DNA of 64,000 nucleotides from Octopus sinensis (GCF_006345805.1 NC_042999.1:163618001-163682000); one strand, 5' to 3'; counted from the first letter of the stretch, positions 1-13,385 are shown. The notes: generated by a model not told the origin, from the letters alone. Program-made: numbers and translations.

Positions 1-1622
1 TTGAACAAATGTTTTTTGACAGTTTACATTGATTTTGAGGAAAATTTCTGTAGGGATGTGTTAGTATGTGTGTATATGTGTTAACTGGTATTTGAGTTAT
101 GTTTGTGTGTAATAGTGTATGTGTATAGTTGTTGGATGGTGTGTACATATTAAGTATATAGTCATGTTTGTGGTAGATTAGTAAGTCATCTGGGTCTTTT
201 CTACTCCTCCGCCTCAAGATCATCTATCAGTCTGTCTCTCTATCTATCAATCAATTTAAATTTGAATAGAAGGCTATTCTGTCGTGTTGGTATCTCAACT
301 CATGTGAACTCTGTTTTTTTATGTTTTCTATGATCTACTGGAGTCTAAATAAGTATTTAAAACTTTTGCGATAATAGGTTCTCTGTAAATTGAATCATGG
401 CTTGGTTTCAGAACCCTATTAAAACAATTTAAATAAAGCCTTTTTTTTTTGTGCTAAAGGTGTTGTTGGTTTACATCCATTACACAGATAGATTGTTTTC
501 TTTTCACTAATCATTTCAGCTATAAAGTATAAATAGAACCCAGTCTTGTTGTTAATGAGGAAGTGAGAATTACACTTTGCCAACTCTGAACAACTGTAGG
601 AATTTACAAGCTGAATTGGTACCAAACATCAGTATTTTAAATCTTGTCATCATATGGCATTGTGTCTTTTAATGGTTTGGTCTAGAAGAAAGAGAAACTG
701 TGCTTGTGGCCTTCACAGGTCCTCTTAGACCAGTGAGACTGAACAGTTATTGGGAAAACAAGTTGGGAGAGAATTCCAGAGGGCTTCTGGGAAATGCCAT
801 TAGTGCTGGGATTGGGGTGGACTACAGGTGATCTAAGACACTAAAATCTCAATTCAAGCCACATAACTATCTAGGTACTGTAGGAGTAGAGCAATGTCTG
901 TGTGTTAACAGTGGGAGTGTTGTAACTTAATTGAGTGTTTCTTTCACTTGCAAAGTTCAATTCATTTTGTTTGCATCTCAGATAGAAGAATTGGATCTCA
1001 ATAATCTCTTGATTATATATATGAATAGAACAGATTGTGTATTAATATATATCTTTGTGAAAATTGAAGTAACTTCATCTTTTTAAACTACAAATTGACT
1101 GATTAACAAAATATTTTTCTTTTACATCTATAATTCTATGCTATTATGAGTAAAGTGGTGTTTTCTACAAATGGATGCTCTCCTACTGCTAACCACTCAA
1201 TTGTAAGATAAGCAATTTAGATCTTACACAGTTCTGTTTCCTACTCAGATGCACAATATAATGATTGTAGCGAAATTTGAACACATTACGATATGATCAG
1301 TAGTCTAACCCTAACCTCAAATCCATCAGACTCTTGTATCAATCAAGCAATCAATCAGTCAATCATTCATCCATTCATTCGTGAAGATGAACTTTTTCTT
1401 GCACTACTACCGGTCAGTTTATTTCTGTTTGTCTTTTAGGTGTCAAAACAGTCTTATTTTAATTTAAAATAGCTTAGGAATAAAATAGCCTTTTAGGAAA
1501 ATTGTGATTTAATTAACTGCATTTGAAAGTAATTAAATAGTTGTAGTGGGATTGCCTATTGTCTAGTAGCGTAATGCAGTAATTTGGTGCATTAACCATT
1601 TTATCTTGATGTCTTATTTCAG

Positions 1623-1810
1623 AATACTCCTAGTGAATGTTTGAGTCGAGTGTCTTTGTCCACTGACCCTCCACAAGTCCTACATGGTACAGGGCCTACA
1701 CTGGAATCTTCTCGTGATGCTGCTGCTCTTCAAGCTCTCAAGATGTTGGCCGAGAAAGGTCTTTCTGTTGTGGTGAATGATATAGATAAAAAAATGAATA
1801 GTGGAGATCG
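1623..1810 (+). CDS. stau: Staufen (dsRNA-binding protein) internal coding exon, dsRBD5 region
   Basis: Acceptor tttcAG at 1621-22 and donor GTGAGT at 1811. Open frame NTPSECLSRVSLSTDPPQVLHGTGPTLESSRDAAALQALKMLAEKG matches the Staufen dsRBD5 signature (SLSTxPPQVxHGxGxTxxxSxDxAALxALxxLxE) as recalled. The exon is 188 nt and ends in phase 2. Confidence 0.88.
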
Positions 1811-2150
1811 GTGAGTCATTCTTGAGGCTGCTGCTTTTTCTTTTCTTTTTCCTCCCTTCTGTCAGTGTGAATGACTTCGATGTTTATTCTACATTCTGCG
1901 TGGGAATTTTATCTTGAAATTTATCTCTTGATGCCTTTTGTTAGTATATTTATAACTAAAATACAGCCTTGATGTGTTTCAATGAAATTCTAAAAATTTC
2001 ATAAAGATTTATTGACATACAAATTTGGTTTTTGGAACACATTTAACAAAATGTTCTAATATAAATATATTGCATAATTTTTATCTCAAAATAACCTAAC
2101 TATTAGTAAATAAAGGTAAATTATTTAGATTTTGTGGATACATCATGATA

Positions 2151-2206
2151 AAAAATGGTTAAAGAACATGATTGCAATGTAAAAATGGTTAAAGAACATG
2201 ATTGCA
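2151..2206. repeat. Local tandem duplication, 26-bp core, 30-bp period
   Basis: aaaaatggttaaagaacatgattgca at 2151-2176 and 2181-2206. Confidence 0.9.
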
Positions 2207-2437
2207 CATTTTTGATTTTCAATGCATATTAAACAGTGGATAAATAGCACAAAATACTGGAATTTCTGTTTGAAGAAAAGTACAAAATGAAGTAAATAAA
2301 TTCACATGTAGATACATGCAGACACACTAATTATTCACTAATTAATTAATCAAAATGTGTCACTCACCTTGCAAATAAAAAAAATAAAAAAAACTGGAAA
2401 TTAGGTAAACTTGAAAATGTATTTAAAAGAAAAATTC

Positions 2438-2570
2438 AGGCATGGTTGTGTAGTACCAAATTTGCTTCCTAACCATGTGGTCCAAGTTGAGTCTTACTGT
2501 GTGGCACCCTGTGTGCCTTATGAGTGAATTTGGATGACAGAAACTGAAAGCAGCCTCTGTGTGTATATAT
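2438..2570 (+). mobile_element. Degenerate tRNA-derived SINE fragment (family A)
   Basis: Similar to the head of the SINE at 8980-9375. Confidence 0.6.
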
Positions 2571-3237
2571 TGTAATCTTGCAGAATGTACATTTGCACAT
2601 TGAAAAGTCATTTCAATTAATTGTCCTTCCTTGGTGTAGGCATTCTCGGCACAGGTTTTTTGGAGGGTGGGGCTCCTGTAATCATCAATTTTTCCTCTGT
2701 TGTAAAAAAATTGGCTACACCTTGAGGGACATTCTTGCACCATTATAAGACATCTTTCTCCTACAGTTTTTTTATCATTGTTTTAATTTAGGTTCACTAG
2801 TGGTGTGCCATTTTAATACACATGTAGTTGGTCATAAATAGATTGCAACAAATTTACTTCTGCTGTTGAATTATTTCACTTTAAAAAATTTTTTTATTGT
2901 CATTTTATATCCAGCAACATCCTTTTCTAAGTCCACAGCAAGCTGGATGAAAATTAAAAACCAGTCAAAACCTAATATATAATCCAGGTTTATAGAACCA
3001 GAAGCATATATTATTTGGATGGGTTTCAGAATGTCAAGTTTAATGTAGTGCAGGAACACTTGAGAGAAAAAACTCATTCATGTGATTTGCTCAGAATGAA
3101 GGATTAATGACATAATGTAGATAATGTAGAGAGTTAAGGTAATATATTATATTGTATATTATATTATATTATACAGAGTTGAGGAACTCTGTAGCTGGCA
3201 TATTCTGAAATGCAGCCAGTTGTAGTTGTATAAGTTA

Positions 3238-3633
3238 CTAGCAGTATTGCCCGGCGTTGCTCGGGTTTGTAAGGGAAATAACTATATAAGCATTTTAGAG
3301 ATGTAAAGTATAATAGCCATCTCAATATGGCTAACCACAAAGGGGGGTGGGTTACTATAGCTTTTTATGTTCTGAGATTTAATAATAAATTTTTAGAGAG
3401 TTACTTCCCTTATATATGCCAAAAATGCATTAAAAATGGGAAAAATTGATGGTAAATTTTTTTTTAAATTGTAGACTCATCATAGACGTGCGCTAATATC
3501 TAGAAGGGCTCGATATGAATCACGACTATAAGATACCCGGTTTTGGTTAAACTGCACCGCAAAATGTGGGAGTAGTTAGGAATCTAAATCGTAGGAGACA
3601 GACAGCACACAACCTCACTTTTATATATAGAGA
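3238..3633 (-). mobile_element. Non-autonomous Helitron (~396 bp)
   Basis: On the minus strand it reads A|TC...cccgagcaacgccgggc hairpin...CTAG|T. That gives the TC 5' end, subterminal GC hairpin, CTAG 3' end and AT target typical of Helitrons. Confidence 0.8.
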
Positions 3634-3897
3634 TAAGTATGGTTATAATGAATGCAGGAGACCGATAACTAACATGACACCCTTCTTGTTGTAGTGGTAA
3701 TATGACTACCAGAGCCCCAGTCTTTGGCTTCAAGTTTCTTTGTAATGAATGGCTTCTTGACCAAACAATCTTTTAAATGTTGCAATGTATGCTTTTAGAC
3801 TACTCCGCAACAGAGTTTATTTAGCCTTTTTCAGCAGCCATGTAAATATATGTTGTAATCTTTATACTAATATATTTTATTTTTTGTTTCTATTCAG

Positions 3898-4000
3898 TTC
3901 TCCATTGAAACTCGATGGCTTTGAGAAACTATCTAACTCTTCAGCTAATATCCATACCGACCACCAGAACCCCAGCATTGTCAGCGAGCAGCAACAGTAA
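3898..4000 (+). CDS. stau: Candidate staufen terminal exon A (R-SPLKLDGFEKLSNSSANIHTDHQNPSIVSEQQQ*)
   Basis: Pyrimidine tract plus ttcAG (3896-97). Length 103 nt = 1+102, so it completes the phase-2 codon from exon 1623-1810 and reads open to TAA. Confidence 0.55.
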
Positions 4001-5411
4001 TTGCCACCATCACATTTTGTTCTACTTATAAAAAAACAAAAAAAAAGCAACTTCTCCCTGTTACCTTCCTACTTCACTTCGGCCTTGTATTTTTCTATTT
4101 TATTTAAAAATTTTGGTTACAGATATATCACTAGCTGAACATTATACTACGTTCCTCAGTTATTAATTTAATCAACGTCAGTCACTACTCATCAAAGATA
4201 TTTGGATTTATTTATATACATTTTGTTGAATTTTCAAAGTAGAATTCCCCTTGCACAGCCTGACTATTATTTTTACTAATCTTATTGTTGTCATTGCTGG
4301 AGTAAGTGTCTTGGTGCAACAGTAAGTTCTTTGGCAATTCCTGTTGGAACTGATTCTCTTATGTCGCTTAATGTCTTTGGGAAAGACATGAATGCAACAA
4401 CTTAAATCTGAAGCTTTATGCCTCCACCAATGTATTAATAGATAATAATAATAACAATAACAAACTTGAATTACTATCGCCATATTGATAGTGTAACCTA
4501 TATTTATATCATATTAATAAACCTACAGCACTACATACATACATACATGCATGCACACACACAGAGTTTCCTGGAGGGATAGATCAAAAATCTTTAGAAT
4601 TATTTCTTCAGCTTTGAAATAAAACAGCCTAACTGTTCCTATTCTTTTGACTAGAAGGAATATTCATTTTGAAGGGATCCAGGCTATATTTCTAAATGAA
4701 CTGTTTAATTAACCTTTATGCAACTCATTTCTTTGATTTTTTAAGATTCCTTTTCTGTTTTATTCAGTTATTAATGTTTAATTAGGGTTTTTAACATCTA
4801 TATTTAGCCCCCCCTCTGTGGAGCTAAAATGGTTATATGGATAAAAGATTAGTATGTTGCAAGTTTTCTATTATATCTAGAACTTCCAATATGGTCTTAG
4901 TTTTAGATGTTTGTTCATATTTTTCCATCTGTGATTGAAACAGTTACCTTAGCTATCAGTGATATCGTGTTCTTAACTCTCATCAGCAGTTCATTTCAGT
5001 TGCTATTCTTTGATTAAATAATTTGGTCTACATTTTAACATTCTGGTGAGGGTGAGAAGATAAAACGAGAATAGAGGACGAATAAAATGTGTTGACTTTT
5101 AGAACACCTGCAAAAATAATTTCATTTTCTAAGGAATAACATTCAAAATTAAATCAGTCTTTTCTTTTTCATCTTAAACTTTAAGTATACTTATTTCAGT
5201 AAATTAGAAGGGTTGTTGATATTGTGGTTCAAGTGTATATATAAAAATGTGTTACTGTTTGTTTGTGTAGGTAAACTGAGATCAGTTGGCAACAAATTTT
5301 CACCAGATTTGAACAGTATTTCTGTAATGAAGTTGTTTCACCAGAAAGCTTGAAATACTGTTCATTTCTTTGTGTTACTCATGTTTTACTCTCTGTCTCC
5401 ATCCATCATAG

Positions 5412-5472
5412 ACTGCTTATGTATGGAGACAGAAAGAATACACTGGAAACCAACTTACTGGCAGCAAGCTAA
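5412..5472 (+). CDS. stau: Candidate staufen terminal exon B (R-LLMYGDRKNTLETNLLAAS*)
   Basis: Long pyrimidine tract ending catAG (5410-11). Length 61 nt = 1+60, phase compatible, ends in TAA. Confidence 0.45.
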
Positions 5473-8400
5473 GTTAACGAGATGCTAACTTACTGGCAAT
5501 AAGTTGGTACAGATTATTAAAAGCAAAACCAAAAAAAAAAAAAACTTGTAATGTGTTTTCAAATGAAGAAATACTTTAATGCTTGGCTATTTTTGCTCTT
5601 TCTTTGTTGTTTAAGCTTCATCCTTACTAAGAGTGACTTCTCAGACAAGGAGGTAAAAACAAAGAATACCTCTGCTGATTTTTAGAGCATTTATAGTTAA
5701 AAGATTATATTGTATTTCATTTTGCAATGATTTCAGATTTTTGTTCAAACAGAAAGGAAAAAGATAATCAAAAAAGAGAAAAAAGGGAAAATCCAGATAA
5801 TTTTTGCCAGCCATGGTTAGAAAGAGTGACTGACCTTTGCTTTCAATTAACATCGGATTCCTTTGTTCTGATGCTGGTTTATCAACAACACAAATTTTAC
5901 AGTGACACTGTTTTCAAAAGTTCTGAACCAAATTACATATTCTAATATCCCATTGATGTGTTCACAAGTAAAAAAAAAAAATAACTATGAATAAAACTTT
6001 TTGAAAGGTTGATTCATATTTAGTATTTTTCTTGTGCAATTTAGGAAAAATGCAGATATTAACATTTAATTCGTTAGGATTAATAGAGTTTAAATACAGA
6101 ATGGGAAGTTCTTTGTGTTTGTATTTAACTTCAATAAATTCCAAATATCTACTAGGTTGTCTTCTACTTGAAAGTTTTCATATGACAGTCAAATTTTGCA
6201 GCTTAAATTTCAACTCCAGAATTTCTGTATCTCATTTTTTTGTTATTCAAAACATCAGCCTTTTATATATTTTTTTTCTCTTTAATCATTGAACACTAAA
6301 TAGGATGAAGAAGAAGTTAATTCTATTTATTCCATTATATTAGCTTATCCCTGACCAAAATATCCAAGTCAGATATTTTTCTCCTATGAAATAATCCTAT
6401 TTCCTCTATTTTTGTTAATGAACAGTAGCCTTGCTTGATATGTAACAGATAGCAAAAGTCAACCAGTCAATCAGGGAATATTTTTTTCCTAGTGTTATTT
6501 TGAAATTTATCACAAAATTTCTCTCATTACTATTTTTTATTCTGCGTAGCTTTTTTTTTTTTTTTTTTTTGTGTATTACATATTAATGGTTCATTTTTGT
6601 AAAATTAGTTTTCTCTTAACAAAATGTTGTGTGGTGTTCTAGTCATTTCTTTGTAGGTCTTTTAAAGTTGTAAAAGCAGGTTAATGTCTGCTGTGGCTTC
6701 ATAGAAAATTAAATGTTTTGTTTTCTCTCTTTTATCTTTCATGTTGATTGTTTATTTATCTAGCATTATGAAGTTGCTAGCAAAACAAACAGTTTGAAAA
6801 CATGAAATAGTTCTTTTCTTTTTTAACTTCTTTATAAATACATCTTGCATATTGCAACAATTGGAAGGCAGTGGATTTAGTCAAAATGGTAGTGGGCTAG
6901 TCTTACAGTGCTTAATTTCATGTTTTTATATTTTGAGTTCAAATTCCAAAGTCAGCTTTTATATTTCATCCCTTCAGGACTGATAAAATAATCCTTTCAA
7001 AAATTGGTCACGAGAAAAGAAATTCTCAATCTTGCAACAATTTAAAGGTATAATTAAAACAAACTTTTTTAAAAAATCTGAATGGGAACATTTTGTCACC
7101 TACCTCATTGATGACAAAGTTGAGTACCTTCCGTTTCTTTATTCTTTACCTGTTTCTTCAGCTTAGACAAAGTCCATTAAAGTAGCCTCTGGCCTCATTT
7201 TTAATAACAGCAGAGAAAACTGTACATACAAATATGTAATTACGTATGCATTGTAGCATTGGATCACATCCCCACTGCAGTACACATAGTGTTGTGTTGT
7301 TGGCACACTTCAGAGAGCATATGATGGGTATGAAAACTGAAATAACACATCTACATTGATAGCTGGACATATCTTCTCACTATGAAGAAGTATTGAACAG
7401 TTATCTTATTTCCACACTGTCTTTAAAACTGTTTCTCTACAGGTTAGCTCTGATGTACTGTGGACACTTTTGTTATCCCATCAACATCAACTCTTTTCTG
7501 TATGATGGCCTATTGCGGCTCTTTTGGCCCAACAATAACAAGAAAATAAGCCCCAACATTTTTATATTCTGTAAAAATGTCGAGTGGGTGAATGAACAAG
7601 TAATCCATTTTTTCTTTTCCTCCTCCCACATTTCCCCCCATCTACAACAAAACTTTTATTTATTTCATTTTATTTATTTTTGACACTCTGTTAGAGAAAC
7701 TAATTTTCATTAGGAAAAATTATTTCAGGACATGGACTTGTCTTCTTTTACTGCCAATATCCAGATGTTTGTTCACCCAGAAAGAATTAACAAAATAAAG
7801 AAAAGATTTTTTTTAAAAAACTGAATTTTAAAAAAAAACAATCATATTGGCAAAACTTATTATTATTTATTTAATTTTTTTTTTTGTTAATTATAATTTC
7901 TTGACCGGGTTCTTGAAATTCATTTCCTTTTCTTTGTATCAGCTACTTTCTAAAATATACATTCTCTAAAAAAAAACTAAATAAATAAATAAAAAATGGC
8001 AGATTTTGTTTTTCTCCTAATAGTGATGTGGGATGTTTGCTGCCCTTTGCAACCAGGCTTCACTTTAGGAATAGCATGGCTAATTTGCAAATGATTGTCC
8101 AGACATTTTCAGTGAATGTGTCTTTGACTTTCAAAGTAATAAATACTCAAGTACTATCTAATATGTGTTTTCATTGCATTAGTAGACAATTTGTTTTCCT
8201 TTTCTTTATTCACTCCAAACAGCATTATTGTGTGATCTTTATACATTCAAAAATTACTCCTACCAAAAGCTGTTTCTGCATTGTTTATGCACACACACAG
8301 ACACACTCACTCACACACGTGTGTGTATATAAAATACGAACACAAGTGGGTTTTAAAGGTTCACATCAGTTGTTTCAGCAGTATTTCTTTATTAGCGAAT

Positions 8401-8774
8401 AGATTGATTACATCATGAAAAAAAATCTGCATTTGTAAGATGAGTTTAAACTTAGGTAGAAGATTCCAAGTCCACTTTGTTTGGCATGGCCCAAGTGAGT
8501 GAGAGATATGATGAACAATTGAAATTGAATGGGCTTCAGTGGTATCCACATGGGGCAGAGGTTTACAATAATATTTTTAAAGAACTCATTACAACGTTGT
8601 AATGAGTTCACGTCTTCAAAGTGAACTATGGAGATATTAAAAGATGGGAAGAAGACAGGGGAAAAAAAGGATTAAGGTAGAAAGTGGAAGAGAATCGCCC
8701 TTGTAGATTGAGCAAATGTTCCAGTTGGTGCCAAAAACTTAGTAACCATTCAATACTCATCTGCACCCCCACAC

Positions 8775-8905
8775 AAGAAGCTTGCTTCTCAACCACATGG
8801 TTCCGAGTTCAGTCCCACTGCATGGCACCTTGGGCTATATATAGCCTTCTACTATATAGCCTTGGGATAACCAAAGCCTTGTGAGTGGATTTGGTAGATG
8901 GAAAC
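8775..8905 (+). mobile_element. SINE family A 5' fragment
   Basis: Near-copy of the head of 8980-9375 (aaccacatggttccgagttcagtcccactg...ccttgtgagtggatttggtaga). Confidence 0.8.
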
Positions 8906-8979
8906 GGTGCATAAGATATTTGAAGACAGATTTATGTTTATAAAAAAACATAAACTTTATTTATAAAAAATTGCTATAT

Positions 8980-9375
8980 GCGCAGGAGTGGCTGTGTGGT
9001 AAGTAGCTTGCTAACCAATCACATGGTTCCGGGTTCAGTCCCACTGCATGGCATCTTGGGCAAGTGTCTTCTGCTATAGCCCCGGGCCGACCAATGCCTT
9101 GTGAGTGGATTTGGTAGACGGAAACTGAAAGAAGCCTGTCGTATATATGTATATATATATGTGTGTATGTGTTTGTGTGTCTGTGTTTGTCCCCCTAGCA
9201 TTGCTTGACAACCGATGCTGGTGTGTTTACGTCCCTGTCACTTAGCAGTTCGGCAAAAGAGTCCGATAGAATAAGTACTGGGCTTACAAAGAATAGTCCC
9301 GGTGTCGATTTGCTTGACTAAAGGCAGTGCTCCAGCATGGCCGCAGTCAAAATGACTGAAACAAGTAAAGAGTAA
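8980..9375 (+). mobile_element. Near full-length tRNA-derived SINE (family A)
   Basis: A-box-like TGGCTGTGTGG and B-box-like GGTTCAGTCCC; further copies at 2438, 8775, 55328 and 59680. Confidence 0.85.
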
Positions 9376-9398
9376 GAGGATAAAAATAAACCTTTGTG

Positions 9399-9593
9399 TT
9401 ATTCAGTAAAGCCACCTTCAGCTTCAACAACCGCTTCTATACGAGATCTAAATCATCTACATGCTCAAATCAAGTAGTCTTGGTTCATTTTGGACATTAT
9501 TACTCTGACTATAGCAGCTTTCAAAGAATCTTTGGTGTTATGGGTGTGTTCATTGACCTCTCTCTCAACAACACTCCACATGTAATAGTCCAT
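9399..9593 (-). mobile_element. Tc1/mariner transposase C-terminal remnant
   Basis: Minus-strand translation MDYYMWSVVEREVNEHTHNTKDSLKAAIV...ACR*FRSRIEAVVEAEGGFTE* with internal stops. Confidence 0.75.
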
Positions 9594-10393
9594 ACATTGC
9601 ATAAATTTGGTAGTTTTGATAGATTCATTATCCATTACATTTCAAACTCTCTAAATGTGGAAATATTTTATTTTTCATCTAACATGTGCAGGATAACATT
9701 GTCTGGAAAGTCAGAATGCCAGTTTGGGTCCAAAGCAACCTTTCAATTTAAAATATTTATGTAAATATGTTAAAATTTCAATTTTCAAACATGAATTTTA
9801 CTAGAAATTGGGTTTTCACATGAAGCATATTGCATCTTTTTATAGCAGGTAATTAAGCACATTCTGAAATGTCGCTCTCTATAAATAAATTGATGTCAAT
9901 TTGTTATGGAAATGAGGCTTTCAATCTGAGGAAATTGAAAATAGTTGGGTGTGACATACACAGAAAATTTTAATGTTTTCACATTAGAACATTGTTTAAT
10001 ATCTTTGTGGAAGTTCTAGAATATGTGACAAAAAGTACTTTGCTGAAAGTAACCCTCTGTACTTTGTTGACATTCAGCAGGTCCCATGCTGACTTAATAT
10101 AGTGGACACTGATGATTCCTTGGTTGCAAGAATGGCTTGTAAGTGCCATTGAAGCAATGTACAGTATAGTGATGAATTTCGTGTTTTCCAGCACTGAACC
10201 TTCTCTCAACCTTTCCTTACACATTTTCAAAAAACTGCCACATTTCCCAAATGCCTCCATGAATGCAAATTGGATGCAAATGAAGTTGCAGATGTTGCAT
10301 CAGCATTTTCCTTCTTGTTGAGACGATGTCAAATCAAAAAACTTACTCTCAGCAGATTAATATTGAAGTTTGCTCCTTGATCATGTGTAAATA

Positions 10394-10626
10394 TATTTCT
10401 TTACTACCCACAAAGGGCTAAACACAGAGGTGACAAACAAGGACAGACAAACGGATTAAGTCGACTACATCGACCCCAGTGCGTAACTGGTACTTAATTT
10501 ATCGACCCCAAAAGGATGAAAGGCAAAGTCGACCTCGGCGGAATTTGAACCCAGAACGTAACGGCAGACGAAATACGGCTACACATTTCGCCCGGCGTGC
10601 CAACGTTTCTGCCAGTTCGCCACCTT
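10394..10626 (-). mobile_element. tRNA-derived SINE (family B) with GCCC-TTTGT-GGGT 3' hairpin
   Basis: Minus strand reads ggtggcgaactggcagaa (A-box-like), gggttcaaattcc (B-box), and tail gccctttgtgggtagtaaagaaata. Confidence 0.85.
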
Positions 10627-11699
10627 AAATACACACCATTTACTGTTAGATGGGTTCACCCTTCGATTGTTTCATTTTTTGTCCTGCAGTATGTCCAACA
10701 AAACCCACCCTGCTTACCATACAGGCTTGGTAGGGTTGCCAGGTTAGTCGCCAACAGTTCGACAATGCGACAAGCTATATTGGGTTAAATGTTACTAGTA
10801 GCACTAAGCGTGACCTGACATACGTGCATGTACACATCATCTCCTAGAACGATAGGCTCTTGACCATTAAATACTACTTTCACTTCATTCTGGCCCTCAC
10901 TTCTCTCTAGCTATATGTTCTTGCACTTAACCTTCAATCGCTTCATATTCCCTATCGATTTACAGCAAGCAACTTGCTATAATCTTCATTCAACCATGTG
11001 AGGTAGGCACATAAATACAATCACTACATACAAAGGTATGTTACCACTTTAGATGTCTAGAAGTTGTCTCTCTTAAAGGTTTTTGCACGAATGACAAGAC
11101 TGCAAGATGAAAAAAAAAGGGCAACATATACATACATATAAATATTTCGAAGTATGACGTTTGTCTTTTATGTCTCTGAAGATGAGCAGATTTGCAGCTT
11201 CACTCTTTGATGGTCCTGAGGCAAATAATGACAACAAGTTTAAGGTTATAGTGGGCTCAATAACAGAATGAGGACCCAGCAGACTCTTGCTTTCTAGCCA
11301 GCTGTTTGATAATTTCTGATTCTGAGTGCTGTACTTCAGAATATTCAGTACAATGAGTGGTTTTGAGCAAAACGTTCCCTCAGTGAACTCTTCTAAGTTA
11401 TGATTTTTGCAGGTTTTCTTGTGAGTGTCTTTTTGTCTCCTCTGGTCCATCATGCTAGATGACCACAAAAGGGTCTGTTTAGGGAGTTTGGAATTCACCA
11501 TGCATGCGACATATCTTACTACAGTTGGAATTTACTTTTGAAAGCATACATGTTTAATTATCTGAATATTAGGAATTATATTCTGCCACTCAAGAAGTTT
11601 CTTCATGTGAGGTAAAAGTCAGGTTTCACGTCCTAAAGGTATTACAGTCACCACAACAGCTCTGTATATGCTGATCCAGTAGAGGGATCAGCTATCCGA

Positions 11700-13190
11700 A
11701 TACTCAGCACCCTGGTAGATAAAGTGATTAAGGATATGAAGCTAGGAAAAGTCCCCAGCCCATCAGGAATCACTGCTGTGATGCTTAAAACATCTGGTGG
11801 TGTGGGCTGTGGCCTAGTCACCCGTATTGTAGACCAGGTAGTTCATACCCAACAACTGACGTAGCAGCACCATAGTCAACTGCTACAAAGGTAAAGGTGA
11901 TGCTCTAGATAGAAATTACAGGGGTATCAAACTGCTGGATCAGGTGATGAAGGTTACGGAGAGGGTCATAGCCCAACTAATTAGGGAGAGAGTCTGCTTA
12001 GATGAGATGCAGTTCTGTTTTGTCCCAAGTAGAAGCACCACTGATGCCATATTCCTGGTACAGCAACTGCAGGAGAAATACCTAGCTAAAGATAAACCCC
12101 TATACTTAACTTTTGTGGACTTGGAGAAAGCATTTGACAGGGTCCCCTGATCCCTTATCTGGTGAGCGATGTGGAAACTGGGAATTGATGAATGGTTAAT
12201 AAGGGCTGTACAGACCCTTTACAGAAAGGCCGTTAGTAAGGTTAGGATTGGCAATGAGTACAGTGGAGAATTCCGGGTAGAAGTTGGCGCCCACCAAAGA
12301 TCAATCCTCAGCCCCCTTCTATTCTCATAGTCCTCCAGGCAAAAACAGAGGAATTTAAGACAGATTGTCCCTGGAAGCTCCTCTATGCTGATGACCTAGC
12401 CCTCATAGCAGAATCACTGCCGGAACTAGAAAAGAAATTTCGTGTGTGGAAGCTAAGTTTAGAATCAAAAAGCATTAGAGTCAATGTAGCAAAGACCAAA
12501 GTTATAGTAAGTAAGAAGGCGAACTCAACACACAGGTAGGTAGCCCTGCTCAATCTGTAGAAAAGGTGTAGGTAGAAACTACATAAGATGTACCCAGTGT
12601 AAGCTATGGACATATAAGAAATGCAGCAACATCAAAGAAGCTAGCTTTCGTGTGCAGCACAGGAGCAATAGACACCACAGATACTCAAAAAAAACAGATT
12701 CCATCAAACTCCAGGGGAAGAAACTAGAAGTATTTGATAGCTTCTGTTACCTAAGTGACCAAGTTGAAAGCTTCTTCCCCTACAGGTGACAAAGGGTCTC
12801 TCGCTCAGAGTGAAAGGTAGATTGTACGATGCATGTGTGCGAACTGCCATGCTTCACGGCAGTGAAACACGGGCTGTGACTGCGGAGGACATGCGTAGGC
12901 TCGAAAGAAATGAAGCTAGCGTGATCCGTGTCAGTGTGCACACACGATCAATTGTAAGTGACCTAAGAGAAATGTTGGATATAAGAAGCATCGCATGTGG
13001 CATGCAAGAGAGATGTTTGTGTTGGTATGGTCATGTACTATGGATGGATGTGAAAAAGTGAGATATGTGAAGACGTGCCACTCCCAAACAGTTGAAGGAA
13101 TCCGGGGTAGAGGTAAATCCAGGAAGACATGGGATGAGGTGGTCAAGCATGACCTTCGTTCGTTGGGCCTCACAGAGGCAATGATGATCA
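11700..13190 (+). mobile_element. Degenerate RTE-clade LINE, RT fragments
   Basis: Peptides MQFCFVPSRSTTDAIFLVQQLQEKYLAKDKPLYLTFVDLEKAFDRVP, LLYADDL and LYDACVRTAMLHGSET, plus the C-terminal RGRGKSRKTWDEVVKHDL motif; many stops and frameshifts. Confidence 0.9.
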
Positions 13191-13194
13191 TTTA

Positions 13195-13385
13195 TTCTAT
13201 CCATGGTGCTGCTACGCCAGTTGTTGGGTATGACTCATCTACAATACGGGTGACTAGGCCACAGCCCACACCACCAGATGTTTTAAGTATCTCAGCAGTG
13301 ATTCCTGATGGGCTGGAGGCTTTTCCTGGCTTCATACCCTTAATTGCTTTAATTACCAGGGAGCTGTCTATTTGTATTGTCACTC
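13195..13385 (-). mobile_element. Inverted copy of the 5' part of the same RTE fragment
   Basis: Reverse complement aligns to ~11705-11875 (KPGKASSPSGITAEILKTSGGVG). Confidence 0.85.

Noticed and set aside
7150-7570. Minus-strand exon-like segment with a CAG|GTAAAG donor
   Set aside because: All three frames contain stops and there is no recognisable homology.
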